Source: Cupriavidus necator (GTDB taxonomy: Bacteria; Pseudomonadota; Gammaproteobacteria; Burkholderiales; Burkholderiaceae). Taken from it: 32,000 bases of DNA. Numbering within the stretch: position 1 is the first letter of the stretch; each line of letters opens with the position of its first letter. The stretch lies in the NCBI RefSeq assembly GCF_016127575.1, contig NZ_CP066018.1, positions 1,500,001 to 1,532,000 of the forward strand, written 5' to 3'. The notes under the pieces were generated by a model. The model had not been told where the DNA came from. It did not search any database and saw only the letters and a program-made list of their open reading frames with translations. A program made the position numbers and the translations under genes. Shown piece after piece: positions 20,420 through 28,246 of this stretch.

Positions 20420-21994
20420 TCAGGCACCGGCGACCGTGGCGATATCGGCCGGCCCGGGCTGCATTGCGGTCTCGTCCGGCAATGCGCGCCGCACCGGGTA
20501 CAGGTCGTAGTCGGTCATGCGGAAGCTGGCCGTGGCGCGGCGGAACTGCCAGGTGAAGCCCGGCCACAGCGTGGTGTTGCGGCCGCTGCGCGGGTCGATG
20601 TACCAGCTGGCGCAGCCGCCGGCGGACCAGATCGCATGGCCCAGCCGCGCCTGCAGCCGTTCGTTGAAGCGGCGCTGCACCGGCTCGCGCACGTCCACCG
20701 CCTGCACGCCTTCGCGGCGCATCTGCTGCAGGGCGTCCGCGATGTAGGCCACCTGCGACTCGATCATGAACACCATCGAGCTGTGGCCCAGGCCGGTATT
20801 GGGGCCGACCACGAAGAACAGGTTGGGGAAGCCCGCCACGGTGGTGCCCAGGTAGGCCTGCGCGCCGTCGCGCCAGGCATCGACCAGGTCCACGCCGTCA
20901 AGGCCGGAGATCACGCCGCGCGGCAGCGGGTCGGTGGCATGGAAGCCGGTACCCAGGATGATGCAGTCGGCGGGCCGGCGCGTGCCGTCGCGCAGCACGA
21001 CCGCGTCGCGCTCAACGCGGGCGATGCCGGTGGTGACCACGTCCACGTTGTCGCGTGTCAGCGCCGGGTAGTAGTCGTTGGAGATCAGCACGCGCTTGCA
21101 GCCGATGGTGTAGTCCGGCGTCAGCGTTGCGCGCAAGGCGGGGTCGCGCACCTGCCTGGCCAGATGGCGGCGTGCGACGCGCTCCACCACCTTCATGATC
21201 TTCGGATGCAGCACGAAGCCCAGCACGCGCGATTCCAGCATCCAGTAGATGCCGGTGCGCACCAGCGTCTGCGTGAACGGCAGGCGGCGGAACAGCCAGC
21301 GCTCGGTCGCGCTGACCTCGCGGTCCGGCTTGGGCATGATCCACGGCGGGGTGCGCTGGTACAGGTCCAGCTGCGCCACCTGGGGCGCGATCTGCGGCAC
21401 GAACTGGATCGCGCTGGCGCCGGTGCCGATCACCGCCACGCGCTTGCCAGCGAGCGCATAGGCGTGGTTCCAGTGCTGCGAGTGGAAGCACTCACCCTCG
21501 AACGAGTCCAGCCCCGGGATATTGGGGTAGGAAGGCCGGCTCAGCCCGCCCATGCCGGAGACCAGCACGCGCGCGCGCACCACCTTGCCGTCTGCCATCT
21601 CCAGGCGCCACACCTGCGCGGCCTCGTCCCAGGCGGCGTGGCGTAGTTCATGGTGCAGCCGCAGGTGCGGGCGCAGGCCGAAGCGGTCGGTGCAGCCTTC
21701 CAGGTAGGCGCGGATCTCCGGCTGGGTCGAGAACATGCGCGACCAGTCGGGGTTCGGCGCGAATGAAAAGGAATACAGGTGCGACTGCACATCGCAGGCG
21801 CAGCCCGGGTAGTGGTTGTCGCGCCAGGTGCCGCCGACGGAGCCGGCTTTCTCGAAGATCAGGAAGTTGCGCTCGCCGCGTTCGCGCAGCCGTATCGCCA
21901 TGCCGAGGCCGGCAAAGCCACTGCCGATGATGGCAATGTCTGTGTGCTCAAGGGCAGGGGATGCCTGCTGCGGCAGCTCCGCGGGTGCATTCAT
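20420..21994 (-). CDS. Type I Baeyer-Villiger / class B flavoprotein monooxygenase (EthA/AlmA-like), 524 aa
   Basis: The FAD Rossmann motif is IAIIGSGFAG, followed by GGTWRDNHYPGCACDV. The BVMO fingerprint FxGxxxHxxxW appears as FEGECFHSQHW (residues 165-175). The second Rossmann motif is VAVIGTGASA. A GAGGAG Shine-Dalgarno lies before the ATG at 21994. Confidence 0.9.
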   Translation of the reverse strand: MNAPAELPQQASPALEHTDIAIIGSGFAGLGMAIRLRERGERNFLIFEKAGSVGGTWRDNHYPGCACDVQSHLYSFSFAPNPDWSRMFSTQPEIRAYLEGCTDRFGLRPHLRLHHELRHAAWDEAAQVWRLEMADGKVVRARVLVSGMGGLSRPSYPNIPGLDSFEGECFHSQHWNHAYALAGKRVAVIGTGASAIQFVPQIAPQVAQLDLYQRTPPWIMPKPDREVSATERWLFRRLPFTQTLVRTGIYWMLESRVLGFVLHPKIMKVVERVARRHLARQVRDPALRATLTPDYTIGCKRVLISNDYYPALTRDNVDVVTTGIARVERDAVVLRDGTRRPADCIILGTGFHATDPLPRGVISGLDGVDLVDAWRDGAQAYLGTTVAGFPNLFFVVGPNTGLGHSSMVFMIESQVAYIADALQQMRREGVQAVDVREPVQRRFNERLQARLGHAIWSAGGCASWYIDPRSGRNTTLWPGFTWQFRRATASFRMTDYDLYPVRRALPDETAMQPGPADIATVAGA

Positions 21995-22025
21995 GGGCGC
22001 TCCTCACCGTTCACAGTGTTTATTG

Positions 22026-22071
22026 TGACATTGATGGATGTCATCGTAGGAAGCGCAGGGCAGGTGGTCAA
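22026..22071 (-). promoter_or_regulatory. Candidate sigma70 promoter with an overlapping inverted repeat (possible operator) upstream of the BVMO operon
   Basis: The minus strand has TTGACC (22071-22066), a 17-nt spacer, then TACGAT (22048-22043). This is immediately followed by the inverted repeat TGACAT-N6-ATGTCA (22026-22043). Pattern match only. Confidence 0.3.
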
Positions 22072-22250
22072 TGCCGTGAGTTGAAGGATGGTTCTAATTT
22101 TTGGGGATTTCCAGCGGCGTTTCGCGCACATAAAACAAGGCGATGCCACCCCGCAGGCGCTTGCGCCATGGGATTCGGTCGTGCGTTTGAAACCGGGAGA
22201 TTTTTTTCAGGCTTCGCAGATCACGAAGGCGTGGCCGCAACATTCAGGCG

Positions 22251-23324
22251 CTAGGCGGCCTGGCCCTTGCGGCGCCAGCCGTGCGGCGTTTCACCGGTCC
22301 AGCGCTTGAAGGCGTGGGTGAAGGCACTCTGCTCGGAATAGCCGAGCCGCATCGCGCACTGCGCCAGGCTGATGCCGGGATCGGCAAGATACTGCTCCGC
22401 CAGCGCGCGCCGCACGTTATCCACAAGCTGTGAATAACTGATGCCCTGCGCCTGCAGCCGCCGCTGCAGGGTGCGCACGGGCAGGCTCAGGTGCGCGGCC
22501 ACGTCGGCAATCGGCAGTTCGCCCTGCGGCAGCCGCCCGCTGATATAGGCACGCGCCTGCGCCAAGGCGTCGGCCCCGGCCGGCGCGATCTGCTGCAGCT
22601 GGGTATCGGCGATGCGCGTCATCTGCGCCTGCATGCCCGCGTCGGCCTGCAGCGACGGCAGGTCCAGCAAGGCCCGTTCGATATGCATGGCATGGCGCGC
22701 GGCGTTGAAGACCACGGGGCAGCCGAACACCTCGGCATGCAGGCGGGTATCAGCGGGCGCGGGATGCGGGAATTCCACCTGGGTGGCCACGTGCTGCTCA
22801 CCGATCAGCCAGCGCGCGAACACCACCCAGGTTGCCATGTGCAGCTCATGCGCATGGCGCGACAGCGGGCCATGCCGGGCTTCCCAGGTCATGCAGGCGG
22901 CATGCGGCGTTTCGATCAGGCGGGTGCCGCCGATATCGTTGGCCAGCACCTCATAGCGGATGCCTTGCAGGATGGCGTCGCGCACGGTGGGCGTGGTCAG
23001 CACCACGTAGCCCATCTCGGCATAGTGGCGCGGCGCGAAGGCGGCGCCGGCGCGCAGGCCGACATCGGGATCGCCGGTGACCTGCTCCAGCCAGTCGAGC
23101 AGGGCCAGGTAGGCGGCACCGGGAATGCGCGTGGCGGTCTGCGCACCGGTGGCATGCAGCAGCTCGGGCGGCACGCCGACGGCGCGCAGCTGTTCGGCCG
23201 GGGCAATGCCCTGGCGCGCGCCGTGGTCGAGCACGGCGCGGAGGTAGGCGAGCGAGACGGTGCCCAATGCGGTGCCCGCTTGCGTACCACTGGCACCGCC
23301 GTCGGGCTGGTTGGCGCGTGGCAT
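22251..23324 (-). CDS. AraC/XylS-family transcriptional regulator with an N-terminal ligand-binding domain, 357 aa
   Basis: The C-terminal double HTH reads IADVAAHLSLPVRTLQRRLQAQGISYSQLVDNVRRALAEQYL...LAQCAMRLGYSEQSAFTHAFKRWTGETP. The track start at 23327 is TTG, and I used the adjacent ATG at 23324. Confidence 0.9.
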   Translation of the reverse strand: MPRANQPDGGASGTQAGTALGTVSLAYLRAVLDHGARQGIAPAEQLRAVGVPPELLHATGAQTATRIPGAAYLALLDWLEQVTGDPDVGLRAGAAFAPRHYAEMGYVVLTTPTVRDAILQGIRYEVLANDIGGTRLIETPHAACMTWEARHGPLSRHAHELHMATWVVFARWLIGEQHVATQVEFPHPAPADTRLHAEVFGCPVVFNAARHAMHIERALLDLPSLQADAGMQAQMTRIADTQLQQIAPAGADALAQARAYISGRLPQGELPIADVAAHLSLPVRTLQRRLQAQGISYSQLVDNVRRALAEQYLADPGISLAQCAMRLGYSEQSAFTHAFKRWTGETPHGWRRKGQAA

Positions 23325-23439
23325 CAATTCACCTGTCGTGCGGGATCAAGACCGGGCACCGATCTTTATCCATACTCCGGGTAGCGTCAATGCGGGCCTG
23401 CCCCCGCCTGAATACAAGAGACCGACGCAAGGAGACAAC

Positions 23440-24045
23440 ATGGCCCCCAATCATCCACACCGCCGTGCGGATGCCGATGCCGAGGCGCTGCACGCGCTGA
23501 CGCGGCGCGGCTTCCTGAAAGTCGGCCTCGGCTTCTCGGCCGCGCTGGCCTGTACCGCGCTGGTGCCGTCGCTGGCCGGCTGCTCATCGGCCCATCCCGC
23601 GCCGCAGGCCGGCATGACCTGGCTGCGACCGGAAGACGTGGCGATGTTGCGCGCGCTGCTGCCGGCCATCGTCACCGAGCTGGCCGAAGCGCCGCCGCCG
23701 CGGCGCGCGGCCCTGGAGCAGGACGCGCTGCGCAATATCGACGCGACCTGCGCCGCGATGGGCGCGGGCGCGCAAGCCGAGCTGCGCAAGCTGTTCGGAC
23801 TGCTTGCCAGCATGCCGCTGCGCTGGGCGCTGACCGGCATCCGCCAGGACTGGAGCGCGGCCACGCCCACGCAGGTGCAGGCCTTCCTGGCGCGCTGGCG
23901 CGCCAGCCGCCTGGCCACGCTCAATGCCGGCGCGGTGGTGCTGGTCAAGCTCATCAGCGTGAGCTACTACGTGTTGCCGGCCGCATGGGCGGGCAGCGGC
24001 TATCCCGGCCCGAACGCGGCCGTCTACAAGGCGCTGCACGCCTGA
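23440..24045 (+). CDS. TAT-signal lipoprotein, the small subunit partner of a GMC flavoprotein (gluconate 2-dehydrogenase subunit-3-like), 201 aa
   Basis: The ATG at 23440 is preceded by AAGGAGA. A twin-arginine motif TRRGFLK is followed by a hydrophobic region and the lipobox LAGC. The gene lies immediately upstream of a signal-less GMC oxidoreductase. The family name is from memory. Confidence 0.7.
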   Translation: MAPNHPHRRADADAEALHALTRRGFLKVGLGFSAALACTALVPSLAGCSSAHPAPQAGMTWLRPEDVAMLRALLPAIVTELAEAPPPRRAALEQDALRNIDATCAAMGAGAQAELRKLFGLLASMPLRWALTGIRQDWSAATPTQVQAFLARWRASRLATLNAGAVVLVKLISVSYYVLPAAWAGSGYPGPNAAVYKALHA

Positions 24046-24053
24046 TCCCCGAC

Positions 24054-25649
24054 ATGGCCATCGACAATCTCTACGACGCCGGCATCGCCGCCGGCTGGAA
24101 GGTACTGGACGCTGCCACCTTCACCACCACGCGCACGCTCGATGCCGACGTCGTCATCGTCGGCAGCGGCGCGGGCGGCGGCATCAGCGCCGAGGCGCTC
24201 AGCCGCGCGGGCCTGCGCGTGGTGCTGCTGGAAGAGGGAGCGCTGCGCACCTCGGACAGCTTCCGCGACATGGACGAGAACCGCGCCTATCGCGAGCTGT
24301 ACCAGGAGGCCGCGGCCCGCACCACGGCCGACGGCGCCATCGCCATCCTGCAGGGCCGCTCCGTCGGCGGCAGCACCACGGTCAACTGGTCGTCGAGCTT
24401 CCGCACGCCGCCGCAGACGCTGGCGCACTGGGCCACGCATCACGCCGTCACCGGCCACAGCGAGGCCGACATGGCGCCGTGGTTCAGGAAAGTGGAAGAG
24501 CGCCTGGGCATCGCGCCATGGGCGATGGCGCCCAATCCCAACAACGACGTGCTCAAGCGCGGCTGCGAGACGCTGGGCTGGGAATGGCACGTGATCCCGC
24601 GCAATGTGAAGGGCTGCTGGAACTCCGGCTATTGCGGGCTGGGCTGCCCGGTCAATGCCAAGCAGTCGATGCTGGTATCGACCATCCCCGCGGCACTGGC
24701 CAGCGGTGCGACGCTGGTGCACCGCGTGCGTGTGCGCACGCTGGACCATGACGGCAAGCGCGTGCAGTCGGTCACCGGCGAGGCGCTGGGCGCCGATGGC
24801 TACACGCCCACCGGCGTCGGCGTGATCGTGCGGGCCAGGCACTTCATCGCCGCCGGCGGCGCCATCAACACGCCGGCGCTGCTGCTGCGCTCGCGCGTGC
24901 CGGACCCGCATGAGCGGCTGGGACTACGCACGTTTATCCATCCGGTGAATATCAGCATCGCAAAAATGCCGGAGCGCATTGATCCTTATTATGGCGCACC
25001 GCAGTCGATCGCTTCCGACCACTTCCAGTGGAAGGACGGTGCGACCGGGCCGATGGGCTACAAGCTGGAGGTGCCGCCGCTGTTCCCCGGCATCAGCGCG
25101 GGCGTGGTCAACGGCGTGGGCGAGGCACTGCGCCGCGACATGGCGCAACTGCCCCATACCAACGCCATGCTGGCATTGCTGCGCGACGGCTTCGTGCCAG
25201 AGAGCACGGGCGGGCGCGTGCGGCTGGCACCCGACGGCAGCCCGCTGCTGGACTATGAGATGAGCGACTACGCCTGGGACGGCGTGCGGCGCGCGTGGCT
25301 GAGCATGGCGCAGGCGCAGTTTGCCGCCGGCGCGGAGCGCGTGCGGCCCGCCCACCTGGACGCCGCCGAGTACCGCAGCTGGCCCGAGGCGCGCGACGCC
25401 ATCGCGCAACTGCCGCTCAAGCCTTTCCGCACCGCGCTGTTCACCGCGCACCTGATGGGCGGCTGCGGCATGAGCGACGATGCGCGCGGCGGCGTGGTGG
25501 ACAGCCATGGCAACCACCACCAGCTGGCCAACCTGTCGGTGTTCGACGGCTCGGTGTTCCCGACCAGCGTGGGGGCCAATCCCCAATTGTCGGTGTTCGC
25601 GCTGACGGCGCAGAATGCGCACGCGCTGGCACGGAGCCTCACGTCATGA
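24054..25649 (+). CDS. GMC-family FAD-dependent oxidoreductase, 531 aa
   Basis: The N-terminal FAD motif is DADVVIVGSGAGGGISAEALSRAGLRVVLLEEG. The C-terminal GMC-type block is HLMGGCGMSDDARGGVVDSHGNHHQLANLSVFDGSVFPTSVGANPQ. I used the ATG at 24054 within track ORF 23985-25649. No signal peptide is present. Confidence 0.9.
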   Translation: MAIDNLYDAGIAAGWKVLDAATFTTTRTLDADVVIVGSGAGGGISAEALSRAGLRVVLLEEGALRTSDSFRDMDENRAYRELYQEAAARTTADGAIAILQGRSVGGSTTVNWSSSFRTPPQTLAHWATHHAVTGHSEADMAPWFRKVEERLGIAPWAMAPNPNNDVLKRGCETLGWEWHVIPRNVKGCWNSGYCGLGCPVNAKQSMLVSTIPAALASGATLVHRVRVRTLDHDGKRVQSVTGEALGADGYTPTGVGVIVRARHFIAAGGAINTPALLLRSRVPDPHERLGLRTFIHPVNISIAKMPERIDPYYGAPQSIASDHFQWKDGATGPMGYKLEVPPLFPGISAGVVNGVGEALRRDMAQLPHTNAMLALLRDGFVPESTGGRVRLAPDGSPLLDYEMSDYAWDGVRRAWLSMAQAQFAAGAERVRPAHLDAAEYRSWPEARDAIAQLPLKPFRTALFTAHLMGGCGMSDDARGGVVDSHGNHHQLANLSVFDGSVFPTSVGANPQLSVFALTAQNAHALARSLTS

Positions 25650-25666
25650 GGTATTGGCCGCGCAAG

Positions 25667-25715
25667 CCTGCAATGTCCTGCATTGCAGGCATCCGGCATG
25701 CCTGCTTCATGCAGG
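25667..25715 (+). other. Three overlapping, mutually exclusive hairpins built from CCTGCA/TGCAGG repeats, 18 nt after the GMC stop
   Basis: H1 pairs 25667-25675 (CCTGCAATG) with 25681-25689 (CATTGCAGG). H2 pairs 25685-25692 (GCAGGCAT) with 25698-25705 (ATGCCTGC). H3 pairs 25701-25705 (CCTGC) with 25711-25715 (GCAGG). No U-tract follows any of them. Confidence 0.4.
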
Positions 25716-25869
25716 TTGCCGGCGACATTGTTGTGCGATTCCCCACACCAGTGGCGCAATTAGAATGCCCACTCCAATTCAGGTCTTGTGAAACGCTCGA
25801 AGCGGTGGATAGGCTTCGTACAGCTGTTTCAAGCATCCGTATGCCGTCAGAGCAGGGAGCGGAACAGCG

Positions 25870-25882
25870 TAGCAAATTGCTA
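25870..25882. promoter_or_regulatory. 13-bp palindrome TAGCAA-A-TTGCTA, a candidate TetR operator
   Basis: The arms are perfect 6-bp repeats. The palindrome lies about 36 nt upstream of the TetR-family gene ATG. Position and symmetry are the only evidence. Confidence 0.3.
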
Positions 25883-25917
25883 AGGGGTTTAAGGCAGCAA
25901 CGAAGAGAGACGCCCCC

Positions 25918-26892
25918 ATGAAGACCGGCAAAAGCTCGGCAGGAGACACCAAGGCCCGGATTCTCGACGCCACGGAAAAGTTGTTTACCGAGGTCGGCTA
26001 TGAAGCCACCTCGCTCAGGCAGGTCACGTCGCGCGCCATCGTCAACCTGGCCGCCGTGAACTACCACTTCCGCAGCAAAGATATCATGATGCACGCCGTG
26101 CTGAGCCGGCGGCTGGATCCGCTCAACGCGCGGCGCCTGGCGCTGCTCGATGCGTGCGAAGCGCGCTGGCCCGGCAACAGCATCCGCTGCGAGCACGTGA
26201 TGGGTGCGCTGTTCGTGCCCGCGCTGCAAATGGCACGCGACCCGTCGGTGGGCGGGCCGTCGTTCCTGCGGCTGCTCGGGCGCGTGTATTCGGATACCTC
26301 GCCCTTTATCCAGCAATACCTGCTGGAGCACTACGCCCCGGTGTACGGGCGCTTCTTCGACGCCTTCTCGCGCGCCATTCCGGCGCTGCCGCGGCATGAG
26401 CTCGGCTGGCGCCTGCAGTTTGCGCTCAAGGCGCTGGCCGGCGTGCTGGCCGGCGAAGAGCTCACCAACCTGCTGCCCGCGTTCACGCAGGGCCGGCAGA
26501 TGAGCGATGCGCACGTGCTGGCCCAGCTCACCGCCATGGTGGAAGCCGTGCTGAACGTGGCGCAACCCAGTGCGGACGACTTCTCGGCCCTGCAGTCGGT
26601 GTTCGAGCTTGGCGAGCAGCAGCAGGCCAGGGAGCGCGCCAGCAGGCTGGCCGCGGCGCGGTCTGCCGATGAACTGAGTGCCAGTTGCGCCGCGATGGCG
26701 GCAACCATGGGCGATGCGGCCAGCCAGACCGCCGCCGCCCTCGGCAAGGCCCGCATCAGCGCACGCACCGTGCGCAATGAGGGCACCAAACGCTCAGCCG
26801 TGACCAGCATGCCGGTCCGCGCGCGCGAGCAAACCGTGAGCTTCCCCAGCAACCCGCTGGATGACTGGATGCGAATGCGCACCAGGACATAG
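25918..26892 (+). CDS. TetR/AcrR-family transcriptional regulator with a long C-terminal extension, 324 aa
   Basis: The N-terminal HTH is TKARILDATEKLFTEVGYEATSLRQVTSRAIVNLAAVNYHFRSKD. About 100 Ala/Ser/Arg-rich extra residues follow the usual TetR length. Confidence 0.9.
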   Translation: MKTGKSSAGDTKARILDATEKLFTEVGYEATSLRQVTSRAIVNLAAVNYHFRSKDIMMHAVLSRRLDPLNARRLALLDACEARWPGNSIRCEHVMGALFVPALQMARDPSVGGPSFLRLLGRVYSDTSPFIQQYLLEHYAPVYGRFFDAFSRAIPALPRHELGWRLQFALKALAGVLAGEELTNLLPAFTQGRQMSDAHVLAQLTAMVEAVLNVAQPSADDFSALQSVFELGEQQQARERASRLAAARSADELSASCAAMAATMGDAASQTAAALGKARISARTVRNEGTKRSAVTSMPVRAREQTVSFPSNPLDDWMRMRTRT

Positions 26893-27098
26893 CGGCGCGC
26901 GCCGCACCCGGTTACCGCCGGGCCGGCGCCACCGCCCTCACGCAAAAACTGAACCGTCGATCCATCCAGCGAGGCCACGCACAGGCCCCGCGGACCCCGT
27001 GCGCCTTATCGGATTTTCCAAGGGCGCGGCGGTGGCCCCGTTCGCCCTGCGCTGCCCGCGCTCCGCCTCCTGGCGGACATCTTGAGGAGGAAGCTGCC

Positions 27099-27995
27099 AT
27101 GTCGATCCAACCGCTTTACCTTGCCGCCGTCGCCGGTGCCGTCATCGGACTGCTGGCTGCGCCACTGGCCATGCCCCCGGTGGCCATGGCCCAGACGGCC
27201 ACAACCACCGCCGCCGCGGGCACGGGCTATGACGGCCAGACATCCGCACAGCAAGCCGCACTGTTCTCGCGCCAGGTCGCCAGCGGCGAACTCGCGCGGC
27301 TGTCCGATGAGCAGGTGCTGGCCGTGTTCCAGGCGCTGCAGCCGGACGCGCTGCTGAAATGGGCCCGTGCCGAGATGAACCGCTATCCCGAGTACGAGTA
27401 CTGGATGTCGCGCCAGGAACGGCTCAACAACCAGTGGCAGGACCAGCCCGCCAGGATGCAGATCCGCTACCGCCACCAGCCGCGCCAGCTCTATGCCAAG
27501 TGGCTGCCCGGCGGCGCGCAGTCGGGACAGGAAATCATCTACGACGAGACCCGCCGCAAGGACGAGATGTACGGCCACCTGGGCGGCGTGCTGGGCTTCA
27601 CCTCGATGTGGATTGCGCTGGACGGCACGCTGGCGCGCTCGCAGTCCAACCACACCGTGCGCGACCTGGGCTTCCAGTTCGTGCTGTCGATGCTGGAGCG
27701 CGACGCCAGGTCCCTGCGTGCCGCCGGCCTGTCCGAGAAGTACAGCAAGGCCGAGATCGTGCAGGAGCAGGGCGTGCGCATGGTGGCGCTGACCTGGGAC
27801 CTGCCGGCCGGCGCGCCGCAGTACTACGCCAAGAAGGTGCAGCTGATGCTGGACCTGAAGCATCCGTATATCCGCGTGGAAACCGCCTGGGATGCCGACG
27901 GCAACATGGTCGAGAAGATCGTGTTCGACAAGCTGGTGCGCAAGACCTTCGAGGCCTCGGCGTTCGATCCGGCCAATCCTGACTATCGCTTCTGA
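27099..27995 (+). CDS. Secreted protein, DUF1571-like (family assignment from memory), 298 aa
   Basis: A GAGGAGG Shine-Dalgarno precedes the start, and GC3 codon bias is strong. The Sec signal peptide ends in AMA-Q. The mature part reads ...MQIRYRHQPRQLYAKWLPGG...EIIYDE...RKDEMYGH...DPANPDYRF. The gene is real with high confidence, but the family name is only moderately supported. Confidence 0.75.
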   Translation: MSIQPLYLAAVAGAVIGLLAAPLAMPPVAMAQTATTTAAAGTGYDGQTSAQQAALFSRQVASGELARLSDEQVLAVFQALQPDALLKWARAEMNRYPEYEYWMSRQERLNNQWQDQPARMQIRYRHQPRQLYAKWLPGGAQSGQEIIYDETRRKDEMYGHLGGVLGFTSMWIALDGTLARSQSNHTVRDLGFQFVLSMLERDARSLRAAGLSEKYSKAEIVQEQGVRMVALTWDLPAGAPQYYAKKVQLMLDLKHPYIRVETAWDADGNMVEKIVFDKLVRKTFEASAFDPANPDYRF

Positions 27996-27998
27996 GAT

Positions 27999-28053
27999 GC
28001 GGCAAAGCGGCGCGCACCGTGCGTTTGAATCGGTGGCTGCGCCGCTTTGCCGC
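27999..28053 (+). other. Long perfect stem-loop (15-bp arms) immediately after the DUF1571-like gene
   Basis: GCGGCAAAGCGGCGC (27999-28013) pairs with GCGCCGCTTTGCCGC (28039-28053). An inner 5-bp extension pairs CACCG with CGGTG (28015-28019 / 28031-28035). The structure starts 4 nt after the stop codon and has no U-tract. Confidence 0.5.
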
Positions 28054-28246
28054 GCAGTCCGTGCAACACCCGCAATCCACCGCCACGTGCGGCATGCACG
28101 CCAGGCGCGCCTGTTTGGAACGGCCGCTCTATTGACGCAAAAACACGCGAGCGGCGAGAGTCGCCGCACCCGGGAGGGATCCGGCCGCAGAGCCGGACAC
28201 CAGATCCAGAACCAGGGGTCGCCAAGAAAAAATCAGGAGACAGGCA

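Noticed and set aside
22088-22309. A 73-aa plus-strand ORF in the BVMO/AraC spacer
   Set aside because: It has atypical codon usage for this genome, no Shine-Dalgarno, and runs into the AraC gene on the opposite strand.
20636-23384. Plus-strand ORFs 20636-21646 and 22491-23384, opposite the BVMO and AraC genes
   Set aside because: These are mirror-frame artefacts of well-supported minus-strand genes and carry no motifs.
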